Positions 11,174 through 24,089 are shown, counted from the first letter of the whole stretch. The stretch: 63,985 nt of DNA, filler included, from Reticulomyxa filosa (GCA_000512085.1; 19 parts of 19 records of this genome joined end to end with filler, not necessarily neighbours in it); one strand, 5' to 3'. Notes: a model not told the origin generated them from the letters alone. Numbers and translations: made by a program.

Positions 11174-11470
11174 TTATTTTGTTGCAAAAAGCTCCAAAGC
11201 ATTTTTTTTGGGAAGAAGATCAGGTGTGCCATTCTTTCGTAAATAGAAAAGCGAATGAAAATCATTGATATTGTAAACAACATCATGTAAAGAAGTTTCA
11301 ATGGCATTGCCAACTTGGAAGAGTATTTTTCCCTGTGATCGAAGAATTTGTATTTTATGTTGTGCTGCTCGGAGTGATTTGCCTCGGGAGCAAACCAATA
11401 CTAAGGTGGATGGTTCCTTTCTGCTGAATCGAATTAAGCAAGTTCCATGTTCGATATTCAATGTTTGTTT
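11174..11470 (-). CDS. Terminal exon encoding an SH2-like domain (gene 5'-truncated)
   Basis: KQTLNIEHGTCLIRFSRKEPSTLVL...HKIQI...SLHDVV resembles the SH2 core GTFLxRFS..P and the downstream beta-D His and alpha-B helix. Confidence 0.6.
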   Translation of the reverse strand, partial: KQTLNIEHGTCLIRFSRKEPSTLVLVCSRGKSLRAAQHKIQILRSQGKILFQVGNAIETSLHDVVYNINDFHSLFYLRKNGTPDLLPKKNALELFATK

Positions 11471-11720
11471 CTTTTTGAATTTTCAAACAAACAAATAAAC
11501 AAAAAAAAAAGTAGTGTATACGTAAGAAAAACAAAGCATCATACAANNNNNNNNNNNNNNNNNNNNNNNNNNNNNNNNNNNNNNNNNNNNTTAATTAATT
11601 AANNNNNNNNNNNNNNNNNNNNNNNNNNNNNNNNNNNNNNNNNNNNTATAAAAAAAAATTATTTTGTTTTGAAACAGTATAAAAGAAAGTATAAATCGAT
11701 TTATTCCGGTAATTGAAAAA

Positions 11721-12233
11721 GCCAAGTCATTGCATATCCCCATCCGTGGCTATGTGAGCTGTGTATTGGGATGTCCGTATGAAGGGGAGATATCTGCAGA
11801 ACAGGTGAAACAGGTAGCCAAAGACTTGTTCGACTTGGGGTGCTATGAGATCTCGCTTGGAGATACCATCGGCGTTGGCACGCCCAAGGCATGCGTGGAA
11901 ATGCTGCACACCGTAACCACAGCTGTCCCATTGTCGCATGTGGCCGTGCACATGCATGACACATATGGACAGGCCTTAGCCAATGTCTTGGCTGCGCTGC
12001 AGTATGGTGTCACCACTGTCGACTCCAGCGTCGCTGGCTTGGGAGGCTGTCCTTATGCCAAAGGCGCCTCCGGAAATGTCGCCACCGAAGATGTGTGCTA
12101 CATGCTCAACGGCTTGCAGATCGATACTGGTGTCGACTTTCCCAAACTTTTGACTGTCTCAAAATGGCTGAGCCAAGAGTTGAACAGAAAATCAGCGAGC
12201 AAAGTCGCCGTAGCTTTTCAAGCCAAAGAGTAG
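11721..12233 (+). CDS. HMGCL: Hydroxymethylglutaryl-CoA lyase, C-terminal part
   Basis: [39 protein letters not shown] and [22 protein letters not shown]. Confidence 0.97.
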   Translation, partial: AKSLHIPIRGYVSCVLGCPYEGEISAEQVKQVAKDLFDLGCYEISLGDTIGVGTPKACVEMLHTVTTAVPLSHVAVHMHDTYGQALANVLAALQYGVTTVDSSVAGLGGCPYAKGASGNVATEDVCYMLNGLQIDTGVDFPKLLTVSKWLSQELNRKSASKVAVAFQAKE

Positions 12234-13049
12234 GACTAGTTTCAATTTTTCTTTTTTTTTTTTTTAAATAATACCACGCGTAAGCACGAAAAATTTCAAT
12301 CTTGATAATTTTGTCCACATGAAATCTGTACAACACTCTTTCATATTTTTGATAAATGAAACAAATTGATGAGTATAAGTATAATATTACTTATCTATCT
12401 GTTGCATTGTTGTTACAAAGAAGGAACAAGGGGCTGCAAATTGAACTATTCAAATTTTTTTTTTCTTTTAAAAAAAACTAAACAAAAAATTATGTTATAG
12501 TACAAGTTAAAGCAAAAACCATGTTAGCTACTACTTCGACGGATGTACTGTTGTCTGAATCTTGCTAACCATTTCAGGTACCTAGTGCATTTCTGAACGA
12601 ACTAGATGTATTCTAACGTACGACACTACCAAACACGACTATTGCCCCAGAGAAACATATTAATTTTTTGAATGAAAATTACATTAGCAAATTTTACCAA
12701 CATTATTTTTAAAGCAATTTAACAAATTGATCAGCTCTCATTTTTAGTTTTTTCTTATCACAAAGCAATTGATTTAATTTATGTTTTGGTAAGACCAGCA
12801 TTCACGGATATTCTAAAAAATTTGTTAATGTGTATATTTATCAAAGTTTAGATTTAGTTCATTCATAAAAGATATATATTTATTGTTGCTGTTTTTTTTC
12901 AAACATACTTTTATGAAACACATCACTTGGCGATATTGTGATAAGTGAAAAAAAGGAGGATAATTTCAAAATAATTATACAAGATATTTTATAATTATAT
13001 ATTGTAATTGTAAAGAAAAGTGAAAATGAATCAAGCGCCAAACATGCCT

Positions 13050-13860
13050 ATGATGATTCTCTTTGAAATGTTGGTCTCTTTGTCCCATTCTTCAGTCTTC
13101 AACGTGTGACGCTTAAACACGAAACCGTTATTTGTGGAAACAGTGGCTGTTATTCATATCATTCAATCAAAAATGAATATAAATTTATATGTTTATATTT
13201 AAAAAATATTGTATTGGATTGGAAGTGTATAGCAAAACTTGTAGATAATAATAACAAAGACAATAATGAAATCATGTTTTTGTCTTTTGATAAACTGATT
13301 ACACAAAGACGTATATTGATAATGGGAAATGTAAGTGTTTGGGGTAATGGCAATAAAACTGAACAATCATTGATGAATTATAATAAATGGATTCCATTTG
13401 CTAACAATCATAATAATCTAATTTACATTGAAAAAATTACTATGGTATACGTGCAATAATTGGTGGAAGTAATAATCATTTATTGTCCATTACTTATTAT
13501 CCAAAGGATATTTGTGATTATCTTTAAATTTATTAAACAAGATATTCTACCAATTGATAATTACATATAAATAAAGGACGAAAAAGAAGACAAAAAAGAA
13601 TGAAATGATGTTATTTTACAATTGAATATAATGAAAACAACAATACATATTCTGTAAGCTACGTGATATTAAATATTTTCCAGATGGACAAACAATATTG
13701 GGATGTTTTGCAGACCATATAATTCGATTGTTGGATGTGAAGTTAGGAGTGAAAATATAGAGATTGGAAAGCCATAATGATGTTGTAACGAATAGGTATT
13801 TCTTTAGATGATAATACAACTGTATCTCTTCTAATGGTGGAACAATTCGACTGTAGAAAC
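13050..13860 (+). pseudogene. Decayed Kelch-family copy followed by a WD40 fragment
   Basis: HETVICG..CYSYHSIKNEYKFIC and YNKWIPFANNHNN match the intact Kelch genes at 27 kb and 52 kb but are interrupted by frameshifts and stops. A FPDGQTIL..DHIIRLLDV..LESHND WD-like fragment follows at ~13670-13860. Confidence 0.65.
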
Positions 13861-14235
13861 CACTATGAACGAATAGAAGGTTTGATAGATGATTTCATGT
13901 TTTAAAGTACTTTTGTTGAGAACTGTTTAATATTTAAAAACGAAGAACCAATTCAAAATTCTTTTTGTAATTGGCATTCTTGTCATCTGAAGTGATGGAG
14001 TTTTGTTAATACTTATTTTTCAATTAATATCGCATATAACTTAAGTGTTGGAGAATATTTCACATCACTTTTGTTTTTTTGTACAAGAGAAAATAATTCA
14101 TTCTTCAATTTGAATAGTTGTAATATTAAATCAAGGTAACAACATATACTTGGAGAATTTGACGAAAATAAAGGGTACAACTCGCCAAGATTTTTTAATA
14201 TAAAACGTATTTTTTTAATAATTTTTTTTGCTGTT

Positions 14236-15487
14236 TAGGATGTCAATGAGTGCGAAATGCAATTGGAGTAAGCTCTTGAGGCAAACAGAGGGCAATAATA
14301 TATGGGCACTCCAAGAAAATTTCAGTGCCATTGAGAAAGAGACAGTTTTACAAGCATGGAACTGTTGTGGCAAAGATACCAGCGAAACAATTGAAGTGCT
14401 GCGCTTTATCAATAATAACAAGTTGACCATTAAATTCACGTATCCTATATTCTTTTTTCTGAAGTGCATCAGCTATATTTTTTTTCAATAAAATAGAATA
14501 ATTCTCCAAAATCAAAAGCATTTGCTCTTGTTATTGGAAGATTTTGGTAATCGAGTAGACAAAGCAACGATTTTAAATATATGGAAACAATGTAATCAAA
14601 TTTATTATGAAACAAGATTCAAATTGGAAGAAATTTGCTCTTCTCGTGACACCAATAGGTTTAGCATACAATAATTACTTGTTTATTTATTTTCATCAAA
14701 GAAAATGAAGAAGCTTACATTCAACAAATGATAGGTTGAAAGAAAAAGAAGAATTGATGATTGCCAGATCAATATCTCTTCATATATTATGGAATATATT
14801 AAGATACCCCAAAATGATTAAATATCGTCAAATCAGTTGCCACAGCCTACATACAAATTTGAGACTAAAATGCAATCGACTATGTGTGGACTTTGTTGAA
14901 ACTTTGGATGACATGGAAGATAATTTACGTGACTTTGGTTTTGAAAAAGTAAACAATAAAGATTGGTATTACCTACAAGATATTCAAATATTGCATTTGT
15001 GGAAGCGTTATCGCAAATGGATCAGCACACAACTTGTGTATTTAATTATTATTATTATTTTTGTGTGTGTGTGTACAAATCGATATTGAAAATCCACTCC
15101 AAAATTTGTTATTGTGTTTCATTAAAATAGATACAAGACAAAATCAAATATTCCAGAAAAAATATTTATGTTGAGGAATGGAAAATGGAAAGAATATGAA
15201 ATTGCATTTGATTATGAATATCGAAGAATCGTGCTATTTGATAATGTAAAATTGAAAGTGAAATCGTTACAGGTTGGAAATCCAAAGAAATTTTCTTTGG
15301 AATTCAATGTCCACATTCAATGGAATAATAGTCTTTCTGATATTGATGATACTTTTTTGAAGAGATTTTGTCTCATTCTCAATCATACTTGGCACTTTTG
15401 CACATTTGATAGCGAAGAAAGAGAAAAATTATCAGACTGTTGTTCTGTTAATGCAGTCAAACACAAATATCTCTTATTTTAGTTAAA
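14236..15487 (+). CDS. Multi-exon uncharacterised protein with a PUB-like segment, 3'-partial
   Basis: Successive same-strand ORFs separated by AT-rich introns. SLHILWNILRYPKMIKYRQI...L..FGF resembles the PUB domain pattern NIxxxPxxxKYRxI..GF. Confidence 0.5.
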
Positions 15488-16051
15488 NNNNNNNNNNNNN
15501 NNNNNNNNNNNNNNNNNNNNNNNNNNNNNNNTTAATTAATTAANNNNNNNNNNNNNNNNNNNNNNNNNNNNNNNNNNNNNNNNNNNNAGTTGAATATGTT
15601 TCAAAAAACGCAATATTTTTTGAAAAGATAGTGTTAAAAAACACAAAAACTTTGAAGACTTTGAATTAAAAAATTTTCTATTTTTTAAAAAAACACTATA
15701 GAAACTTTTCCTTTTTTTCAAATCTTTAAAACACATACTGAAAATTAATATTTTGATAAAAATATTAACACTTTTATGAAATTTAAATATTTAACAAAAA
15801 TTCAAATTTTTAAATAATATTTTTTTCTCTTTAGTTTTTTAGTCTATCTCATTTAGTGTATCATTATATATGTCATGTCGTCAAGCAAGCGTGCCATTAT
15901 AAAGACTTTAAAAATCATGACTTAACATGTCAAATGGAAAATAATAAGTCTGGAGAAACAGCGTCTTATATATGTTAATCTTGTTGGATCACATGACATA
16001 TATAAGGAGGCGTCAAAAGGGAGGGACTGGTTAACTAATAGGACTAAAATA

Positions 16052-16251
16052 AGTCCTAAGGATTTGACGTTGCCTAAAATAATTATGAAATATATAGGGA
16101 GACAGTGTTTTTGGAGGAATCCTTGTTTCGACAGCCCGTGTGCATTTTTGGCTGAGGTGCAGTGGTGGGTTGTGGTAAACATTAGTACGTTATTTTTACT
16201 GTCTCCCTATATATTTCATAATTATTTTAGGCACGTCAAAACACTAGGACT
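16052..16251. repeat. Inverted repeat / long hairpin: 36-bp perfect arms, ~55-bp imperfect arms, 91-nt loop
   Basis: 16071-16106 (tgcctaaaataattatgaaatatatagggagacagt) is the exact reverse complement of 16198-16233. Pairing extends outward through tttgacg/cgtcaaa and agtccta/taggact. Confidence 0.93.
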
Positions 16252-16608
16252 CATTTAAAGATTGTGCCAGTATCAAAACTTTCAAATAGAAAATGTATGA
16301 GAGAGTGAGTATACGTGTCTATATGTAAAATGGTTTAGTGGTGCCAGTATCAAAAACATTGTCGTAGGAAAATAATAAGAATATATTTATGTGTAGTTTG
16401 GTGAGTTGTATTGAATTATGTATTATAAGCGCGGTTTAAAGCTGTTTTTCCACGAGCTTTTGCAGAACAATAATTTTTTTATAGGGAGTGAGCTAGGGAC
16501 AATATCAAAAAATTTATTCTTTACTTTTTGCTTGTTAGTTTTTACTTTTAATTGCTTTTATTTGCTTTTAATTTACTTTTTGCAAGTAAATCTTTGTTAA
16601 AGGTCATA

Positions 16609-17990
16609 ATGTGCGATCATCATGTTGAAGATGAAATGAAAAATGCTGGTGCAACTCAACCAGAAGAAATTGTTGTTGATGTGGCTGACGAGCCGTCAAG
16701 TCAATCAACTGTGCCTGTACTTCAACCAACAGATCTAACTGCAGTTTTTTCAGGTGTTGAAACCACTGAGGAGAAGAAACAAGAGCGCCGAGGAAGAGGT
16801 GGCGGAAACCGAAGACCAAAAGTTTAGTTGTATGCTTGTGTGTTTGTGCGTTTGTGCGTTTGTAAATTATTTTTTTACGTATAAAAAAAAAAAAGGCGGC
16901 TTATCAATTTGATTTAACGCAAAGACCTGAGGATTTTGAGAAGCTGCGTTTAAACTGGCGAACAGAAATTTTAAATGGGGTTGAAGGATTTCGTGTTAAC
17001 CTAGCAGAAAAACCGACCGCTGTTCGCGAAGAGAATGTCGCGTATTGGAGAGAAGTTCGCTCTCGCTTAGAAACAATTAGGGACGAACGACTCGAAGAAG
17101 CAAAAAAATTGGACAGGTGCGCTCGCGCTTTAAAAAATTCAACTGTTCGATTGAATAAAGAACTTGAAAGGAAAAAGGCGTTACTTCGAAAGGAGCGATT
17201 TACTGTTTTGCAGGATTATCGCGAGGAAATGGCTGCTGACATTGATGATAAAGTATGTGCAATTTGTTGTTTTGGCATAGCACGACAACCGGTTTTCAAG
17301 GGGCGCGAGCCAGTAAAGTTTAGCTGTGGCCATCTTTTTCATATTGGTTGTGCCACTTCCGTCATTCATACAGTGGAGGAAGGCGGAGCGTCGTGTCCTT
17401 TGTGTCGTAAGACGGATGTTTTGCGCTGTGGATGTGGCGATACCAGTTGTATCCCATTTAAGTTGTTTGCTCTTGAAAAGGTCAGTGAAATCGCAAAAAG
17501 GTTGCGGATGGATGAAGCAGATATCGTGATAAGCGCGATGATTGATGAAGATAAAATATTTGCTGAAGACTTCGAGTTAGACGAGTTGATTAAAGAAAAA
17601 AACGTAGCAACAATGATACGTATTGCTGAAATTTACAACATTAACTATTACGATCCTATCAAACATAGTGAAACTGCGCTGAAAATTTTGACCGGTTTAA
17701 CCAAACAGCGAGCTGATGTCGAAATATTCGATGGAGATAATCTGTTGAGTGAAGACAAAAACAACAAGACTTCAAAAGCTGTGAAAAGAGTTCGTCGGGT
17801 ACCTGTTGGAGCTCCTGTCAAGAGACCGAGAGTTAGTTTCGAAGAGAATGTTCAAGAAATCAATGATTCTGACGTTGAGACTCTTCAACCGGCACGAAAG
17901 AAGATGCGCCCGAATTTAGCTTCGATGCAAGGCCTTCGCACACTTCCAAGAAACTCGCGCACCCCTCCATCAAGCGATGAAAACAATTAA
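16609..17990 (+). CDS. RING-H2 zinc finger protein, two exons (16609-16821, 16896-17990)
   Basis: Phase-0 GT...AAAAG intron at 16822-16895; motif CAIC..CGHLFHIGC..CPLC; basic NLS-like stretches near the C-terminus. Confidence 0.85.
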
Positions 17991-18362
17991 TTTCCCATTT
18001 CTGGGCTTCCATAAAAAACGTTTTCCTCCCCTTTTTGTTTTTCGCATTTGGAAAGTTCTTTGGAAAAAAGCCGTTTTTCTTTTTGGCTATTAAGTATCCT
18101 TTTGAGAAGCGCCTTGTAGAGTTCAACTTGCGCTTTTGCTCTCTGAAATATCTTTCAATAATTTTCGCATCCTTCGTTTTAAAATTTCTTAAAAATAAAA
18201 ATAAGAAGCCAAAAATGCACGGAATGTTTTGTTTAGTCTGTAAAATTAACTTTCATGAGTCAGTCAGAAACTTTCAAAAAGACATCGTTAAAAACTCGTA
18301 ATTTTACTATGCTTTTTTATTTAAAAACCCTTTCGTAATTCGTTAACCTTTTCAGTAAATTT

Positions 18363-18953
18363 ATGTCGAATAATAAAAAAACCAAAAGAGAGGCTAATGA
18401 TAAATGCGCAATTTGTTTGGAAGTTTTGTCATATATGCCTAATATTTGTACTCCTTGTGGACATCGTTTTCACATCGAATGTATCACCAGTCATTTGCAT
18501 ACTAGCAATTCTGATGGCACTCTTCGCTGGTTTTGCCCTATATGCAAGGCCAGATTATCATGTGGATGTGGTGACTGCTCTGAATCTTTCTTTGTTGATC
18601 CTAACGGCTTATTGGACGATGAGGACGATGATAGCGATGATGATATTTGGGAAGGAGCCTGTGAAAGCCATTCTGTGGTTGCTAGTAATTGGGTTGTGCA
18701 AGATAGAGTTGATAGAAGCACTAACAAAAGTAGAGGTGAACGAGATAATGAAAAAAAGTCTGGTGTTGACGACAGCACAAAGGAATGCATTGTTATTAAA
18801 GAAGAGGCTCAATCGACATCATCATTATCAACATTCATGGACTTCGGAAATGAACAGGAACGCAAAGAAAGATTAATGAATGCCGAAAAGAGATTCAAGG
18901 CTGCTTTGTTTGCAGAGTTAATGAAGGATGATCATCCTGATGAAAAAAAATAA
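18363..18953 (+). CDS. RING-H2 zinc finger protein with acidic tract
   Basis: CAICLEV..TPCGHRFHIECI..CPIC in a complete 196-aa ORF. Confidence 0.88.
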   Translation: MSNNKKTKREANDKCAICLEVLSYMPNICTPCGHRFHIECITSHLHTSNSDGTLRWFCPICKARLSCGCGDCSESFFVDPNGLLDDEDDDSDDDIWEGACESHSVVASNWVVQDRVDRSTNKSRGERDNEKKSGVDDSTKECIVIKEEAQSTSSLSTFMDFGNEQERKERLMNAEKRFKAALFAELMKDDHPDEKK

Positions 18954-19965
18954 AAGTAACTATTTACGTACTATTTTTGAAATTTTATTATTGTGAATTG
19001 TTAATCTCTTTTCTAAATTTTGACTATGTCTTTTCCACATGTTAAACGCGATTTTATTTTGTTTGTTCTGCTTGAGTTTTTTTTATCAACTAAATAATAT
19101 TCAACAAACCAATATGAAAAACCGATGAACAGTGACAACTCAATTATACTCGCCATTTTGTGTTTTTTGAAATATTAGACTTATGAAAGACGTGAAAATT
19201 TTTTTATCGATAATTATTGCTTATCTTACAAGAAAAATGATATGGAATTATCTATTGCTATTCTTATTGTTGCTTATGCTATATTGCTTTACGTTTATCG
19301 GTCAGATTTGCGGCTTTATTTCGCACTTATTAAACTTGAAAGAACAATTAGTGAACAACGAGGTTTTAACAAGAAAAAATAAAAGTAACGAATTTTAATG
19401 CTGAAAAGTAGTTTCTTTTTTATTCTTCTTTCTTTTCTTCCATTTTAATTTCAGTTGCAGCTTCTTGCTAAGGTGCTTTTTCAGCTTCTTCAAACTTTAA
19501 TTTTTGTAGCTGACTAATTCTTCATTGTAGTCTTCCAATTTCTTCGTCTCGATGCTCCATTGATTTTGACATAAGATATCGTTTTAGGCTTTCAGTTTTT
19601 TTTGTAATCTACTGTAAAAAATAGTAACACAATTATAAAAAATGATTTATGATTATATATAAAACAAATGAAAATTCAAAGAAATATTATAATGTTTTAT
19701 CTGAGTCCTGAGTTTTGTTTTATTAAATAGTAAAAAGTATTTAAGGATCCAAAATAGAATATACTTTTTTTTTTGAATCAACATTCAGATATAATTTTTT
19801 AAAAATAATTTTAAATATAATTTTGAATTTAGTTTTTTATTATATACGAATTGTTTGATTGATTTNNNNNNNNNNNNNNNNNNNNNNNNNNNNNNNNNNN
19901 NNNNNNNNNTTAATTAATTAANNNNNNNNNNNNNNNNNNNNNNNNNNNNNNNNNNNNNNNNNNNN

Positions 19966-19999
<34 letters not shown>

Positions 20000-20029
20000 G
20001 AAAAAAGGGTGAAAAAAAAAAAAAAAAAA

Positions 20030-20849
20030 AAAACAGTGAACGAACCCAAAAAATATGCCTAAAAAGACAATAATAACAATGGCAATTGCATAAGTGACAC
20101 GGATGTTTCCGAACAAATGGACATGTTTGACATAAAAAGAAGTGTGCTCCTCGGTATTATCTTGCGGAGGAGAGGCGTTTCCATGGCTCTCTGAGTCCTC
20201 GTCGTGGATGGTGTCCGTTCGAGGGTGCTCGTTTTTTTCTTCAATGATCGCAGTGAGTCGTCCTGCTGTCTTTTTTTGCTGTTGAGCTTGCTTCGCCATG
20301 AATTCCTGATCCACTGCTGGCTCTGCAAACAACATTTCAATTTGTGCTTCCGTGTGTTTGTGGTCGTACCATAAATGCCAATTGCGCAACAGTACTTTTG
20401 AATTGTATTTCGTTTGTTAATATTACCATTGTTTATTATTTCGTTTTTATTTTGTTTTTTTGTTTTGTTTTCTCCTCTTACATACGCATACAAACAATCA
20501 TTGCCTCCTGCATGACTAACAGCAGACCTTCTCATGTTTTTTTTTTTGGTCAACTTAAAATAAGTACGCTTCCTATCGTGATAATGGAAGGAGTATATAT
20601 AGTGCTCCCAGTTGTGTCGAAAAACATTACTAGCAAAAGTTGGATTATGTAAATTACACCATTTAGCACAGTACTTGCCCCCAAAAACCCCAGTGTTGCG
20701 TATGGTATTCTTTTTCGGATAAAGACGTGCTGACGTTGTCGGAAATATTTCCAGATATGATTTACAGACAGTGGTGCGAAACATGTGTAAGTCAAGGCTA
20801 TCCAAACTAAGCACACAATTTGCCAAATGTTTAAATTTCTTATTTCCAT
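20030..20849 (-). CDS. Multi-pass membrane protein, possibly the N-terminal part of a GPCR-like / 7TM protein; spliced, 3'-partial
   Basis: Hydrophobic helices flank a basic loop RQRQHVFIRKRIPY; a later exon has RNWHLWYD, a charged loop and another TM segment (VTYAIAIVIIVFLGIFFG). Confidence 0.45.
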
Positions 20850-21699
20850 TTTGTGGCGGGAAAAACAATTATTAAAAAAAAATTATTGAAAACACAAACC
20901 TGCACAAGAGATTAAACTATCTCTGGCTCTTATATCATTCAAGTGCCAACAAAAAAATTCACGGATACTACTTAAAAGTTATACTGTCTTTGCCAATAAC
21001 TTTTCTTTCTGTAATGTACACCCTCTACTCAATTTTATTGTAAAACAACAATTTTGCAAGTTCTTCTTTCTGGCCAATTTTGACTACTTTTTAATTTTTT
21101 TTTGTAAATGTCATTAAATAAATAGTATACACTTTTTAAAAAAATTACTTTGATTTTTTGTGTGTAACTTTTACCTATCGAACAATTTACCCTTGCCCGT
21201 GTTTCAATTAAATTATGCGATTAATTGAACATAAAAATTTTGCCCAGAACATTTCAAAAAATGTGAAATGTTGCGATTTCTTGGTTTTAGGACTCGCATA
21301 AAATTTTAAAAATTTTTGTCAACAATTTTTTACCACGTGTCCAAAAAAAAGCCACATTTATTTCGCAAAAGCGGAAAAACGACTACGAACACTGTTTGAA
21401 GAACTAGACAATCGGGCATTGAAGTACACCCTTGTTGAAGACACATCATAAAAGGTATCATTGATCACAGAAATTAAGTTTCTGTCAATTAAAAAAACCC
21501 CAACAAAAATCGTGGAACAACTACAAGTACGACAAAACAAGCCAAGAAAATCTGGTAAAACAACAACCACTTGCAGAACAGAACAAGACTTGTGTTCAAA
21601 CCAACCTTTTTCCGGCTTATCTTCAAACAAGTTCACTCGTTCCACCAAAAAAACGCAAACTAACAACAAACGCAAAAAGAGCTATACAAAATGTCTAGT

Positions 21700-22671
21700 T
21701 TAAGCATCTTCATCACCAGCTTGTTCGGAAGTCCACAAGGTCAAGTTATCACGCAACAATTGCATGATCAAAGTGGAATCTTTGTAATTGCTGTCGTTCA
21801 AGCCATCTAATTTTTCAATGGCAGCATCAAAGGATTTTTTGGCCAATTCACAAGCTTTTTCAGGTTGTTTCAAGATTTCGTAATAGCAAACACTGAAGTT
21901 CAATGCTAAGCCCTATATTTTATTTATTAACGTTTGTTAAAATCGATTGAAAAATGTTACATCGTTTAAAAAACGTATACAAAATATTTTTTAAAAAATT
22001 CTTAACTAAGCGAGTTGGATGTGTCTCAGGAAGATGATCTTGTGCAACATCTAAAGCTTTTTGATAATACTCTTTCGATTTTTCTTTATACGAATCATTG
22101 GATTGTCTAAATTCGGCCAAATAACGATAGTAATCACCGCTCATTTTCAAATAAAACACTTCCGTTTCATCTTTTTTTCCAGTAACTGTTTTCAACAAGT
22201 TGTCCACCAACAAGGATATTACCTCTTTGCAAATGTTTTCTAATTCATTTTCGACAATTCCTTTATATTTCTCAATCAATGCCTCATCAGCATCATCAAA
22301 TCCTCCGCTCAATGTGCGCCATGATGCACGCTTGCTGCCTACTACATTTTTGTACGCAACAGATAACAAGTTTCTTTCTTCCACATCCAAATCTTGTCCT
22401 TTCGCCGTTTTGTTTTGGACCAAAGCTTTCACGAATTTGCACACTATTTGATTTTGTTATTGTTGTTTTTATACATTTTTTATCAAAAAAAAAAGATAGG
22501 TAACTATCGTCATATCGTTCTGCTGTTTCAGCAACACGGACCAATTCCACCAATTGTGGTGCATCCAAAGTTCTGATCAAAACAATAAAATTGTTCGAGT
22601 TACAACAACAAAAACTTTAACACAACAATTTATCTTTACCCAAATGTTGACAAATCAAGACCGCCAGACAT
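21700..22671 (-). CDS. 14-3-3 protein, four exons
   Basis: [61 protein letters not shown] and [22 protein letters not shown]. The first exon [11 protein letters not shown] splices in frame. Confidence 0.97.
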
Positions 22672-23768
22672 ATCTCTTTATTCGGAATTAACAATAAAAT
22701 GTAAAAAAAAGCAAACCGAAAAAAACTTTTCTATGATTAAAAATCACCACTAAAAAAGTTTAACCTAGCTTTTAGTGCACTTGATTTTATTACTATTATT
22801 CATTTACAAAAAAAGACATTATTTTACCTTTTGATCTAATCACATTAATTGATTACAAAAAGGATCATTTTGACATATTTTATTTCTATAAATTTTCCAA
22901 AAAAGGATAAATATTGAAATCGAGAAAAAAGATAGAAACACGAACGCTTTTATAAAGAAGAGTCCGGATATGGCCATAAACACTCAAGTGACGAAAACAA
23001 CAAATAACATGACGAAGTACACGGAGGATTTTTTTAAGACTTGTTGCGTGAGTCAGCCAAACTTGCATTGGTTGCAATTGTGATCAAGATTTTACTATAC
23101 ACTTTGATAACAGCAAAGTTTAAACGATCATTATTTTTTATTTTACTACAATTGCAATTTTCTAAATTTATCTCTGGATGTTTTGGCAATAACTTTTTCT
23201 AGACAATATCAAGTTTATTCATTTGAAATAAGGATAATCTTCATAAGAGGTCTCAAACTGTTTTGTAACCTTGTTCGTTATTTCCAATTGTACAAACATC
23301 ACAAATTAAAACAGAAATATGTATGCATTTGCAAGAATTTCATATGAGTATTTTTTTTTAACGTGAAGTCGTGCTAAAGAGGATCAAAAGTGCAAACACA
23401 GTTGTAGAAAAAATCATCTCAAAAGCTGTTAATTTAATTTCAACCAAATTAAAAATTTGTAATGTTCGTTATTTTGAAAATATGTTTATTAAAAAAAAGT
23501 GAAAGTGATTATTTTTGTTTGAAATATAATATATTTAAATGATTGAATCGAAGCATTTTGAATCTATTATCAATAATATAATATGTTTGTAAACATAATT
23601 CGAAACTTGATCAAGTTACAGTATGTTGCAAAGAAAACTGAACGCCTAAAACAATATCTTATGATGATNNNNNNNNNNNNNNNNNNNNNNNNNNNNNNNN
23701 NNNNNNNNNNNNTTAATTAATTAANNNNNNNNNNNNNNNNNNNNNNNNNNNNNNNNNNNNNNNNNNNN

Positions 23769-24089
23769 TGTCAATAAGCATGCTACCTTAGCGGTGGTGG
23801 TCAGATTTTGGGTTTTATCAGCTCGTGCTTGCAAATACAATAATAATGCAACAAAAACACCACTATATTCAGCATGATTTAATTGGGTTCGACTGGCCAC
23901 TTTAAAGGCATCACTTGAATAAAAATCTTCATCTAATTTTCCATCATCTTTTCTCAAGCGATGTTCAATTCTAAAAAATGACATTCGTACTGCCAACAGC
24001 AAGTGAAGTCCACTTACTACTGCGGCAGAATACACTGGAAGTTTTAATTGATTATCTTTTTCTGTTAATTTTAAGGCCACCAAAGACAT
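23769..24089 (-). CDS. MAPEG-family membrane protein, 3'-partial
   Basis: TM helix ending in VRMSFFR, then RTQLNHAEY (MAPEG RxxxNxxE motif) and a further TM helix. Confidence 0.7.
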
